DNA of 64,000 nt, from NCBI RefSeq assembly GCF_964194155.1, contig NC_135889.1:45074001-45138000 (forward strand). The letters run 5' to 3'. This DNA comes from Cetorhinus maximus. Lineage: Eukaryota. Under the pieces are notes generated by a model. That model ran no database searches. It had not been told where the DNA came from and saw nothing but the letters and a program-made list of their open reading frames with translations. Positions 11,119 to 23,710 of the stretch are shown here, piece by piece. Every line of letters starts with the position of its first letter. Within the stretch, counting starts at the first letter, position 1. Made by a program: the position numbers and the translations under genes.

Positions 11119-13120
11119 TGTTAACATTCACGGTGATTACTGCAGTAATAGCAAGGGTAAATGTGGGACTAGGAAACAGTACTGCCCACAGTGTGATGTA
11201 AAGAGACATATGAGCTGAGACTAGAGTCAGTTGTGGACTGGACAGAGACCTCTGTAGAAACAAGCATGGAGTTAGCTCATAGCTTGGGCTATACCCTATA
11301 TATATGTACACAGTTATGTGCTTTCAATAAATAGTTACTGTTCAACCAAGCAAAACTCAGAACCTCTTTGTGAGACCGACTGAACACACAACATGGTGGC
11401 TGCTTTTTGAAAAACCTAGACCTCAGAGAAGCTGGAGCAGAAATTCAAAAGGTGGAAAACTAAAGGAGCAGCATTCTGACCTGACCCTGAAATGAAGACA
11501 GAGGGAAATCATCTGAAAGAAGCTCCATTGCAGAATTGGAAAAAGAAAGGCAGAAGAAAAAACTCCACTGTGCAGCTGAGGACTCTACAAGATCTCTGGG
11601 AGGTCAAAGGGCCCAGCAAGGATGACCAAAAAATTCAGTTCTAAGCCAGGATTAGTTTAAAAAGCTTTAGTGCTGTAAAAGAAATGTCAGAGCAACTAAT
11701 TTCTGAAAGCACCGTGGCCAACCCAGATTCAGAGTCGGCGCCATACCAAATGATAGCTGACCTTGGTGTAAGAGAAAAAAAACAAAAATGAAAATGGTTT
11801 AAAAGCCTCCGCCAAAGCCAGGAATCCATTGTAAAACACCCGAAAATCCTCCATTATCGCAGGGAAGGCCCAGAATAGTTGATTTGAGTAAATTGCTGCA
11901 CAAAACTAAGAGGTCAGGACCACCATCGCCACGAGAGCCTACCATAACGCGTCAAGAGTGACTCTTTGAAAAACGGTTACAGCGGCACCATCTTTAAAAC
12001 ATGCATAGCATTTAAAGCAGTACTCACCTGAACTTTAAAGCAACCATGGCCAACAAATCAACATTACCAGGCCAATTCTGACTTATCCAAGGACCAGACC
12101 AAACTCAAAATTGAGGACTTTGGCAGAAAAGATTCTTAAGATACATGATAGCTTCAGGATTAGATAAAAAGACAGAAGCTGAACAAGTGAATTCAGTAGT
12201 ACTTTATTCAGTAGGTCTGATCACCAATGATATTGCAAGGCAAGGAATAAATTAATCCTCAGAAATTTGAAGTTCTAAAATCCTTCAATACATATTTTAA
12301 TCTAAGAAGCTACAAAATTTTAGAGCAAAATTCAACAAACGTGTTCAATAACATTGAGAACCGGTTGACTCTTGTATAAACAAATTATACAGGTTGGCTG
12401 AAAGCCATGACTATAGTGGCCTTAGGTCAGAATTGAAAAGGGACAGGATTGTTGTCAGAATAGCTGACTATGCCCTTTCAAACATGCTGCAGGCCAAGGA
12501 AGATCTGACTCTAGAAAAGGCCATACAGATAGTCGGACAGTCTGAAATTCACAAACGGCATCGATCTATTTTACATAAAAAGCCATGTAAGCAAGCCTTG
12601 GCACAGGGCAACTCCAACTGTCCAGCTAGTGAAGCAACAAAGGGGCAGAGGCGCTCCAGGCCAAGGAAGGCAATACCCAAACTGACCACAGGAGGATGGG
12701 TGACCACATCAGCACTGTGGAGCCAAACAACCTCACAGGCGAGAGCAATGTCCGGCAATCTCAGTGCAGTGTTTCAACTGCAATCGCCTGGGATGCTTCG
12801 GAAAGCTATGCAAAGCTAAAACACCTAGATAGACGGAGGATCCCAAGACATTCCAGGAGATTGAGGTACCACACCAGGAAGAGACCCAGCAATGCTTCTT
12901 GGGTGAGGTCAAGGATCCTGGGTTCTCTTTTTGAAATGCAGAGATCTCAGTGAATGATCACCTCACCAGCCTCAAATTGGACATGGGAGCCAGCATTACG
13001 GTTCTCTCAGATAAGGAATGGTGGCTGAGACACCTCTGGCCGTGAACAACAGGCACACCACTCTACGTACCTGAAGGAATCTGACTTCCGGTCATAGGAT
13101 GATCCGAAAACCACTATGGT
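11119..13120 (+). mobile_element. Gypsy-like LTR retrotransposon remnant (5' LTR, PBS, gag, protease)
   Basis: LTR-like TGTT...AACA ending at 11393 with AATAAA, followed by PBS-like TGGTGGC at 11394; gag-like WQKRFLRY and ELKRDRIVV...LTLEKAIQI; degenerate zinc knuckle CFNCNRLG; protease-like KLDMGASITV near 12975. Confidence 0.8.
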
Positions 13121-13755
13121 ATGATTAAAAATTCACTTTTTTTAGTCTGTTCATGATATATTCCAGTTTATACCATATGTCCCATTTATTTTGCTATTTG
13201 CAATTTAAATAATATATGAAAATTTCATTGCATTTCACTTGCTGGTTTGCTATTAGTGAGAATATTCAATGTGATTTACCACTTAACCTGTTAACGTGCC
13301 TAACAATCCCCTTGACTCAATGCGAAATTCAAACTGACGATGGAAGGGGGAAATCCACACCAGAGATCACGAGAACATTTGTGGGCAGCTTTCTCTGAGG
13401 TTAGCAGCGAGTACCATTGATTCACCGCTGACTGCACAACCCTGGCCACAATGTTACTTGGAGGCTCAAACTAATCTGTAGCCTTACCATTGACACAGAA
13501 TCACCGTAAATGTATTTATTTTAAAAATTGAGAACTCCTATATGCATTGCATGCTATGAATCTGATTTGTTTTGTTAATAGTACTTCAGAATGTTTCCAG
13601 CTGTTATCTTTATTTTTAAATTAATTAAATTGAATTTAGCCTTAATTCTTTCCAAAATGTGTTACAACTATTGAGGGTCTACAGTTCAGATCAGAACCCT
13701 CTGAGTACACATGAACGCACATACGAACACAGGCATGCACACACGCACACACTAC

Positions 13756-13858
13756 CTTGGCCCATGTGAGAAGGCTTCTGTGAAATGATGTGTCCAGCAT
13801 TGTCCAAAGTATACTGAGTACTCACTTCATCAGCAGCTGTCTTAGTTGTGACGATAAC
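13756..13858 (-). CDS. PMS1: PMS1 coding exon 3 ([16 protein letters not shown]...SHMGQG)
   Basis: Acceptor tcacag|GTT, donor CAAG|gtagt; 103 nt; resembles PMS1 VLITTRTAAD...KPSHLGQG. Confidence 0.96.
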
Positions 13859-14879
13859 CTGTGAAAAAGTGAAGCTGAATGGCATTTATATTGTAAAAAC
13901 TTTATGGCAATAGTGAAGGCAAACCCCAATGACTCAATGAGTGAAAGCACTGCTATGCAGTGCTATGCAGACCAGGTCCAGGTTTAATGGCCGGTTAAAA
14001 GCTTATTGTGGGAAGGTACGTTTCAATTAGCCTCAGTGTTCCTGGGTTAGTAAAGAAATATCAACTAGCAGTCCTGTCCTGATCACTATTCAGTTGAAAA
14101 CTATGTGATTGTGGATGGCACATGAGGTAGACTAAGGCTCAACTGTTATATGCCACCACCCCACTCAGTGGGGCTGCACCCCAGCATGATGCTGTATTTC
14201 AACATCTTAGAAACAATGATTATACACTGGAAAAACTGTAGACAACATTTTGGTTAGTTCATAATGTTACTAATTATTCAGGGAAATTATGTTTTCTCAT
14301 TAAATAATGTCAAATCCAAAGTAATGTGGATCTTCTAAACTCAATTACTTCTTTCAGTTTTGTGTAATCGCCACCATGATTTAGATGACTAAAGTAAATG
14401 GAAGTAACAACACCAAACTTATCAAAAATATAGAGTTCTAGCAATGTGGTTAAAATGTGCATGTAACAAAAATGTTGCGCTTTATTTTATTTGATTAATA
14501 TGTTTTCAATTTTGTTTTAAACAAAGTCATTTTGTGCCTTCAAATGCAATTGGTTTATCTCCTTCGTAGCCATAGTAAAATTAAGCAGGTATGGCTGTCT
14601 GGTAATAGATTAGCTCTTATTCTGTGGTAACATAATTTGTACCCTGTATGAAGAGTACCTAAAACCTTATGAAAGGTCAGGAACAAAAGACCGTAGATTT
14701 AAGGAAATTGGCAAAAGAACCAGAGACGAGATGAGAATTTTTTTTTTCCCATTGCAAGTTATGATCTGGAATAAAAATATGCAAAATGCTGGCAAAATTC
14801 AGCAGGTCTGGCAGCTCCCTGTGGAGAGAGAGAGAGAGTTAACATTTTGAGTCCAATATGACTTCTTCAGAACCAGACC

Positions 14880-16740
14880 TGCCAGTAGAAAAACAAATTA
14901 CATACCAGAAATAGAGGATAACCAAGAGGCTAATAAGAAAGAGGAACATATGGGACGAAAAACTGACAAATCCCTGGGACCTGAAGACCTACATTGTAAA
15001 GTTCTAAAAGAGCTGGCTGCAGAGATAATGGGTGCACTGGGTATGCTTTTTGAAAATTATCTGGATTCCAGAACGGTCCCAGCAGATTGGAAATTTGCAA
15101 ATATAACACTGCTATTCAAGAAAGTGGTGGTGGGGGCGGGGGGGGAGAAAGAGAAAACAGGGAACTACAGGCCAGTTTGACATCAGTTGTCTTAGTAATA
15201 GCATTTCCCTGACAAGTCTTAATAGCGCACTTAGAAAATCATAGTTATGATCAGACAAAGTCAACATGGTTTTATGAAAGGGAAGTAGTGTTTGACAAAT
15301 TTAACAGACTTTTTTGAAAATGTAACTAGTGGGGTAGATAAAGGAGAGCCAGTAGATGTAATGTACTTGGATTTCCAACAGGTATTTGATAAGGTGCCAC
15401 ACAACAGTTAATATGCAATATAAGAGTTCATGGAATTCAGGAATAGAGAATTGGTTAGCAGACAGGAAGCAGAGAGTAGGGGTAAGTGGGGCATTTTCAA
15501 GTTGGCAGATTGTAACTAGTGGGGTGCCGCAGGGATCTGTGCTGGAGTCTCGGTTATTTACTTTCCAAATTAATGACACAAGCAAGGAAAACGAGAGCAC
15601 TGTATTCAATTGCTGACAATACGAACTTAGACGTGACTGTGAGCTGTGAGGAGGACACAAAGAGGCTGAAAAGAGATATAGACAGGTTAAATGGGTGAGC
15701 AAAATGAAGGCAGATGGAGTGTATTGTGGGGATGTGTGGAGGAGATGGTGATGTAGTGGTAATGTCACTGGACTAGTAATCTATGGGCCCAGGCTAATAC
15801 TTTGGGGACAGGGGTTCAAATCCCACCATGGCAGCTGGTGGAATTTAAATTCAATTAATAAAGTCTGGAACATAGACCTAGTCTCAGTAATAGTGACCAT
15901 TAGCTATTCAGTTTAAGGGCAATTAGAGATGGGCAACAAATGCTGGCCATGCCAACAAAAAACAACTTATTTGGTACTAAGAATAGGAAAGAGAAAATAT
16001 TTTTTAAATAAAGGAGTGAAACTTGTAAATGTTGATGTACCTACGAACATACAAATTTACGAATTATGAGGAGTAGGTCAAAGAGACTTGTGAGTGCAAG
16101 TACAGCAAGCAAGTAGGAGGGCAAATGGCATTATTTGCAAGGAAATTGGAATTTAAGAATTAGGAAGTCTTACCGCAATTTTACAGGGTTTTGGAATGCT
16201 GTGTGCAGTTTTGATCTCCATATCTAAGCAAGGATATACTTGCCTTGGCGGCAGTACAGCGATAGTACACTAGATTGGGATGAGAGGGTTGTCTTATCAC
16301 GAGAGGGTAAGTAAATTTGACCTATATTCTCTAGAGTTTAAAAGAATGGAGAGGTGATCTCATTGAAATAGATAAGATTCTGAAGGGGCTTGACAAGGTA
16401 AGAACAGTGTAGTTGTTTCCCCTTGTTAGGAAACCTAGAATTCAGGGGCACAATCTCAGGATAAAGGACCACTCATTTAAAACAGAGGAGGAAAAATATC
16501 TTCACACTGAGGGCTGTGAATCTTTGGAATTCTCTACCCCAGAGGGTTTGTGGATACTCCATCGTTTGATTATATTCAAGGCTGAGATCGATAGGTTTGT
16601 GGTCTCTCGAAGAATCAAGGAATATGGGGAGCAGGCAGGAAAATGGAGTTGAGGAAGATGATCACCTATGATTGTACTGAATGGCGGAGTAGACTGGAGG
16701 GTCCATATGGTCTGCTTCTGCAGCTATTTCTTATATAATG
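14880..16740 (+). mobile_element. CR1 LINE remnant with SINE inserted at ~15740-15960
   Basis: Fragments WKFANITLLFKK, NYRPV, WLADRKQRVGV, SGVPQGSVL and a CR1-type 3' region. Confidence 0.88.
15740..15960 (+). mobile_element. tRNA-derived SINE (HE1-like), internally deleted
   Basis: A-box-like TGATGTAGTGG and B-box GGTTCAAATCC; near-identical head to 35047-35415. Confidence 0.75.
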
Positions 16741-17783
16741 CTCTTATGGTCAGTTATTTAAATGATTAAAAATCAGGAGCATTACTAATCAGATACACTG
16801 TTTTACACCCTGTTTTCTGATCTGCACCTTTGTCAAGCAAGACTCCATCAGGAGCAGAGGCTCTCAATTTTTCGGGACTATGGTGCTAAGCCTGTAACAT
16901 CTATTAGCCTTGAATCAAAATTGTTTTATTCAGAGAATTGCATCAGCGCTTCCTGACGAATGGGTAGGTGCTACAATGAGTCAAATTATATGTTTTGTCA
17001 TATAAGAAATTGTTGTGCATCCTCTTGGCGTCAGCTCATGAATAGCCATAGAAAAGATCCCTATCCACACTTCAGACCAGGCAATGGTGCCTCACACTAC
17101 AAAAACAGTCTCTTAGATTGCTGCTAATCTACAGATACCACTCTCAAACCAGTTTGTGCATACTGCTTTGCACAGTTAGCAGTCCCGTTTACATTGCTGG
17201 CTGCCTCTCACATTAAGGTCAGTGGCAAAGAAGTACTGGGCATACCTACTGGAACATATATAGTGGTCAACTTTTTGTGTAACTAATTCTTAATGTAACT
17301 AGGGTACAAACAGCAGCATTGCTTGGCTCTTGACATAAGACAGGGTCAAAAGGTTATTTTCAAGGTATAACTATACATCCGGTGTGAACTTTCTGTAGAA
17401 TGATAAAGCACAAAAAGAGACCATTCAGCACATCATGTAGGTGTTGGCTCTTTGAAAGAGTTACCCAAGTTTTCAATTAGTTCCACTTCCCTGCTCTTTC
17501 CTCATAGCCCTACAAAATTTCATTCATCCCATTCAGGAAAACAACTGGTTTCTTCTCAGTGTCTTTCTATAGCTGTATAACTAAAAATGCTAATTTTGTG
17601 GAATGAGGGAACTGACTTTTTTTTAGCAATTCATAGCACCACAAATTGCCACCCTGACTCAAAACGCCACAGAAGTTAATTGTTACGTTTGCTGACAATC
17701 AACACCCTGAATATAATCTGAATGATCTGAATAATCTAAATGCGACAGCCTTAATAATGTTTGATAAAATATCACTCTCTTAC

Positions 17784-17966
17784 CTCAGACACAGTACAGA
17801 TAGAACCCAAAGCTTCACCACGAAATCCATATGTTTCTAGGGCTTCTAAGTCCTCATGATGACTAATCTTAGATGTGTAGTGTTTGAGTCCCATGACAGG
17901 GGTGTCAACAGCTTTGATTCCATCACCATTGTCTCGTACTTCTATCCTGTCAAATCCACTGTTTTC
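17784..17966 (-). CDS. PMS1: PMS1 coding exon 2 ([17 protein letters not shown]...[17 protein letters not shown])
   Basis: GHKL ATPase motifs DNGxG and GFRGEAL; acceptor aacag|GAA, donor GAG|gtaag; 183 nt. Confidence 0.97.
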
Positions 17967-19427
17967 CTGTTTCATGTGCAAGGAACTATGAATAGTTCTT
18001 TTAGCTTTATTATAACTTTAAATTAAGTTAATCAAGAATAGATGCAAAACACCCTTCATTTGCAGCAAATGGTTACAAAGCACTTAATAACCAACAGATT
18101 ATTAGACCAATTGCTGAGACTTTTACATCGCAAAAGAGAGTGTTGCAGTGTGCATGTGTACGTACTGTGGATGTTCAGTACAATGAATAAACTAGCATCA
18201 CTAAATTCTGCACCTATATCCCAGTTTGCATTTTAATATACTTGGTAGATGGGGGACTCTCAGTTAAGGTATAATTAAATGTGTGGAATAGTCTATCGCG
18301 GTGACAATGAAAGTAGGGAATGAAACACATTTTATGAGGTGATGGATGTTTGGTGGAAAGGACTACTGAACGATAGAGGTGAATTGGATAAACATCTGTG
18401 ACCTTTGAGACCATCCAATTGATTGGACAGTGTTGCTTCCAGTGTCTGTATAGTCCTACTTTGCTAAGGAAATTGGGATTATTCAGGAGGGGGGGAAAAT
18501 TTAGTTCTAGTCTGCCTGTTGAGGAATTACGAGTTACCAAGCTCTCTTGTTGCTTCAAGCAAGTGTAAATGAGCCAAGTTATGATCTGGGCTCATTATCT
18601 TAAGTTATCAACATATTATCCAACCAATTTGCACCCTTTTCTCCTGCAGTATAAATTGTTGTGATCGTTTCAAATTTGACATTTTTTTATTTGTTCTGAT
18701 GACAGCAATATGAAAAGCTTCTGCAACATGTCTCTCTTCAGCAACATTAGGATACTTGTTCCTATGGTGAATACTAGCGAAGGAAGTGGACACCCATTGA
18801 TTATGAAGCCATCATATTCATAAGGGAACTAATATTTAACTAGATAATTTTATTTTTACAGATGTCAAGTATCAATGTGAAGGATTGCACATATGATATT
18901 AAAGTATTGAAGTCAACTGAATAAATCATAGTTTGACAAAATAATGTACCATCAAGTTGGTAAGTAATAAAAACAGCCAAATGTAATAAGAAAATAAGTG
19001 TTCAAACATTAATTGCTAGCTGTTGAATTAGTTACCTCTGATTTTTAGAAAATTTTCTCAGTTTAATTTGGAAATAACACATGAACCTTTGCTAATAAAG
19101 CTAACAATCGACATATTAAAAAACCTGGTTTTCACTACGATATAGGAATGTCACATGGTCTCAGAATTCAGGGTAATGCTTTAATTGCTAGAATCCTATT
19201 GAACAGATTGGTCCTACCAATTATTGGCATTTTCAAATGACAGTAGATTTGGTTCAGCCCTCCAAGGGGCAGGGTGGGGGGTGGGTGTGTGAGTGTGTGT
19301 GTGTGTGCGCGCACGTGGGGAGAGCGATGCTTTTTTCCAATCACTTTCATTTATAACTTGCACAGAATGTGATTTTTAATGAGCTAAAATTAGTCCTGAT
19401 TGAAAAAATAAAAGCAATGCCACTTAC

Positions 19428-19559
19428 TAATTTGACTTCAATGCTTGTTGCATTAGCATCCAAGGAGTTTTCCACAAGCTCCTTCACTACATTAACAACA
19501 GAGGTTATTGTCTGAGAGCTTGAAAGAAGTCGAATGGTATCCGGTGGTAACTGTTGCAT
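19428..19559 (-). CDS. PMS1: PMS1 coding exon 1 ([35 protein letters not shown]...IEVKL)
   Basis: ATG at 19559; MutL motif [11 protein letters not shown] with PMS1-type LLSSSQ; donor TTA|gtaagt at 19428/19427; upstream acceptor tacag| gives exon start 19585. Confidence 0.97.
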
Positions 19560-20189
19560 GATGGTTTTCCTCAAGCCACGTAAGCCTGTAATAAGATGCA
19601 TTGCTTAGAAGAAAATATGGGCTTGTTCTGATTACCAATAGGAAATGGAAAAACCCATGAAACAATTAGACTAAACAATAAGTCTGAAACTGTTTCTCAC
19701 AAAGACTTGTATTATGAGCATGTTCAGACATATGGCCTCTTCTGCAACCACAGCTATACGTAGCTCTCCATACTGCTACAGTAAAAAGACAGATGGAGAA
19801 TTTAATATTCTCCTTTTTCATTATACTGGCATAAGCTTAAAGTTCCATTCATTGCTGATATACTTTTGTTGTGACGGAACAAAAATGTTATGAACATAGA
19901 ATATGCATACTGGCTACTCTGCTCAACAATAGATCCTAGTTGTAGGCTAGAAGGAACCCAGAGCAAAATACAGATAATAGAGGCATAAATATACAATAAT
20001 ATTTAGGTGCTGAAATTATTCCTAATATATTAAAAACTGTAATCCCTTCCCAGTGATGGAGTGATAAATAAGTGCTAAAAATGTTTTTTTTATAATTGGT
20101 AGCAGTGGACCAAAGCATTGTGTGGCAGAGAAGTTGATTTGTAACTTTTTTTCTCATGCCTATGAAACATTAAAAAATATCTTTGTAAT

Positions 20190-20465
20190 TTTTAAGATGA
20201 TGGACAAAAGAAGCAGAGGTGATATGAAGAGAAATCTTCTTTTAGAGTAAGTTGTTGTGATCTGGAATGCACAGCCTTTAGGGGTGGTGCAAGAAGATTC
20301 AATAGCAACTTTCAAAAGAGAATTGGATATATACTTGAAAAGGAAAAAAAAAACTTCAGGGCCAAGGGGAAAGAGAAGGAAAATGGGGTTAATTGGACAG
20401 CTCCTTCAAAGAGGCGGCACCAGCAGTGAGCCAAATGGCCTCCTTCTGTGTTGTTCGATTCTAAG
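20190..20465 (+). mobile_element. CR1 3' end fragment
   Basis: IWNAQPLGVVQEDSIATFKRELDIYL and tail ccaaatggcctccttctgtg. Confidence 0.7.
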
Positions 20466-22423
20466 TTGCTCCCAGAATGCTGAAGCTAATTGTCTACTGT
20501 TTAATTGGACCTTCCGATTTCACTTCACCCTCCGTGCAGAAGTGGGGGACAGGGTGGTGTTGGGTGGGTGAAAAAAAGTACTTGCTCCCCAATAAGTAAC
20601 TCATTGTATGGGATATAGCCATTTTGAACATGCATTTCACACATTCTGTATCAATAATATGGGAAAAGGATTATAATACACACCAACCAAATGATGGTGA
20701 CATCTCTTCTTCCAACTGTATCATCAGGTTGGCATTGCTTATTTATTTTCATATTACTGCATTGCTTCTCTGTAAAATTATTAATAAGTTTCATCTCCAC
20801 TAGTTGCTTTAGCTGAGAATTTATAATGTAATTAATTATAAATTGGAATAAACCTCTGCTAAGTGGATACATATTCTTTCCCTTTTCCGCTCCTCCAACC
20901 AAACATGTAATCCTTTACTTGCTGTTTTAAGACCAATTCTTGTTTACTTTACCTCACAATTGATATTATTACTTTACTCAATAATCAACGCAGGGAATTA
21001 TTTTATAAACAGCCAATTTTTGAACTGATTATGTGTGGTCTTTTAAGATGAAGATGTGCAAATGTTGGTTGTAACTCATGACAATTAGTCATTGCTGACG
21101 GACGATCTGGACTTAATGTTTCATAACTTTTCTCAAAACATGCTGATAACATTTAGAGTAAATTTTAAAAAACTATTACGCCCTCCCTCGCTTAAATCAC
21201 TACATGAATAGGGGACTGCTAACCACCCAAGGTAGAGTTCAATGTGGAAAAGTGTGAGGACTTTGGATCGAAGAAAATTAGATTGGAATATTTTTTAAAT
21301 GAAGAGGAGCTAGGAACTGTGCATGAGCAGAGAAATTTAGAGGCCCAAGCTTCCACTAAATATTAACAAAGCAAGAGTCAAAGCCATTAGTTTGTTTAAT
21401 TCTCATTATTATTGTTTTTAATTAAATGATTCTTTATAAAACGATCCTTTTTATTTAGGGATTAGATTGATGAGGTAGAGGGATGAAAACAAATAACTAT
21501 TTTAAATGGGATTTATTTTTTGGATTCTAACATTTCATAGCCTGTGAATGGCTTATGTAATGCATTCTGATGGAGACAGATTAATACAGGAAGTTGCTTC
21601 TGATTATTTTTATTTGCAGCATGTTTGAAATCTCACGTTGCATTGCACAAAGTCAGGACAGCTATTTCTGTCAATATAACTCCTTTCATTAAATCAATAG
21701 CTAAAAGCAACCATTGAAGTTATGTTTACAGGAATCATCACGTTAAAGTGAAAGATATAACCAAAATGTACATTTCTATCCTAATATACAATGCTGAAAC
21801 ACAGACATCATTTACTTATCTAGAGATTTTCCAGAACTAGTGCCAAAGACACATTAAAACTGGAACATGATTTGTCTAAGTGAAGCTTTAAGGTGAACTA
21901 ATTCTTCATGAATTGCCCAGACATCAGACATCCTTGTCGAATTAATGGAAAAAGATTCACAAATAATTAAGATAGAAAGAGATACATTTTTTTTAAAAGT
22001 ACTTAGAGACAACGAACAGATTTGCAGTGGAAATAAAGAAAGCATCAGAACAAATTAAGCACTGCCAATTTTGGCAAGAATAAAAGTCTCAGAGGCAGCT
22101 AATCATCAGACAATTCAATTTCTCAGAAGCACAATTTCTGATTAATATCCTTGGAAAGAAAAGAAACAAATTAATGGCATTGCGACAGAGCGTTTTAGTT
22201 CAGAATAACAAATTCTTTAGAACAAAGGATTAGCAGTTCTTCTGTATAACAAAGGAGGTATAGGAAATTGAGTAAGTACATTTGCCAAACAGGTAGCACT
22301 GATCTAAATTCTGGAAATATGGGATGCTGGAATTAAACAGCAGCTGCGAAAGCATCCAAAAGGATTAATGAAAAGACAAGCTAATGTTTCAATTAGAGAT
22401 TTTCATCCAAACTGGAAACCAGA

Positions 22424-22462
22424 AGTTCTGATGAAGAGTCACAAGGACTCGAAACGTTAACT
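22424..22462 (+). ncRNA. minimal type I hammerhead ribozyme motif in a Penelope-type terminus (element ~22310-22552)
   Basis: AGTT (stem I) CTGATGA A GAGTC ACAAG GACTC (stem II) GAAA CGT T AACT (stem I'); consensus core, palindromic ACGT in place of stem III. Activity untested. Confidence 0.65.
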
Positions 22463-23710
22463 GTCTTTCTCTCCACAGATGCTGTCAGATCTGCTGAGTT
22501 TTAAAGCAGTTTTTGTTTCAGATTTCCAGCATCCACAGTATTTTGCTTTTAATCACTTAATTGGTTTGTTCTCAAATATACAAGTGACTGAACCAAGAAC
22601 ACCAAATACAGCAAACTAGATTGTCTCACATGGATCAAGTTCTTGGGACACTAGTTAATGCATGTGCCAGTTCCCTGCAAAATGCCTGTGAAAGAACAAC
22701 TCGTGACAGAGGTGCTGGAAGAATGAAGAATGCCACAGACAGTTTCACTGGAAAACAAAAGCGGCAAGGAGAGCTGAAAATATTCTGGAATCACGTGTGG
22801 ATGATTTGATGTAAGAGAAGCGGGAAGAGAAAAGAATGAAACAGGAGTACGGGCAGAAGTGCAGCTGAGGCACCCTCCACTAGAGGAGAAGCTCAGCAAT
22901 GCAAATAATATTTAGAAATTATGGTGCAGAAAGTGAAGCCATCAGAGCATGTGCAATCAAGACGGAGAAACTGAAAGAAAGAGATAGGTTTTTTTTTTAA
23001 ATAAGGCTGACAAGAAATATTATGAAAGTGGTTGTAGAAGTGTCTTATCAGGAAGGTAACTGTTAAAACCCATGGGAAAAATGAACAGGAAAGGCATTTG
23101 TGCAGTGACTTTGAATGTTAAATTTATAGTGAGTATAGCACTTCCTGTATTAAAGCCTTCTCAAAGAGTAGCATGAAAAGAGAAGACTGCAACTTGAAGG
23201 ATGCATTAAGAAACTGTGAAACGGGTTCAGCTGTTTCTGCACTAAAACAGCTTTCCAGCAACAAAATTAAGTAAATTATTTTAGTTAATTCACACAATTA
23301 TAAATTGAAAGGTGATCTTGGGTTCCAAACGTTTCTGCCAAAATTTGGACTTTTATTTACATCTTCTTAAAATAAAGATAAGCCTATTAAAACTATGTAC
23401 AGCAGTGTTTTTAGGGACGCAGCGTGCACATATTTCATTAACTTATATGCACAGTAATTCCCCCGAGTTGTGCAATCAGTTAAATATTTCTAGTATAGAC
23501 CAGGCAAAAATACCTTGAATTTATATAGAACTAATAGAAGTGTCGTCACTGGTTCCATGGTGCAGCTAACCTAAGCACCTCTTATCACACAAATCAACTG
23601 CATGAAATACCGGCACTTCACATTTAATTTAAGAAGTCTTCCAGCTGTAAAGCCCTCCAGAGCCCCCACACCAGCGTTACTGGTCAAAAGGAGTCTAGGG
23701 TATCTTTGCA

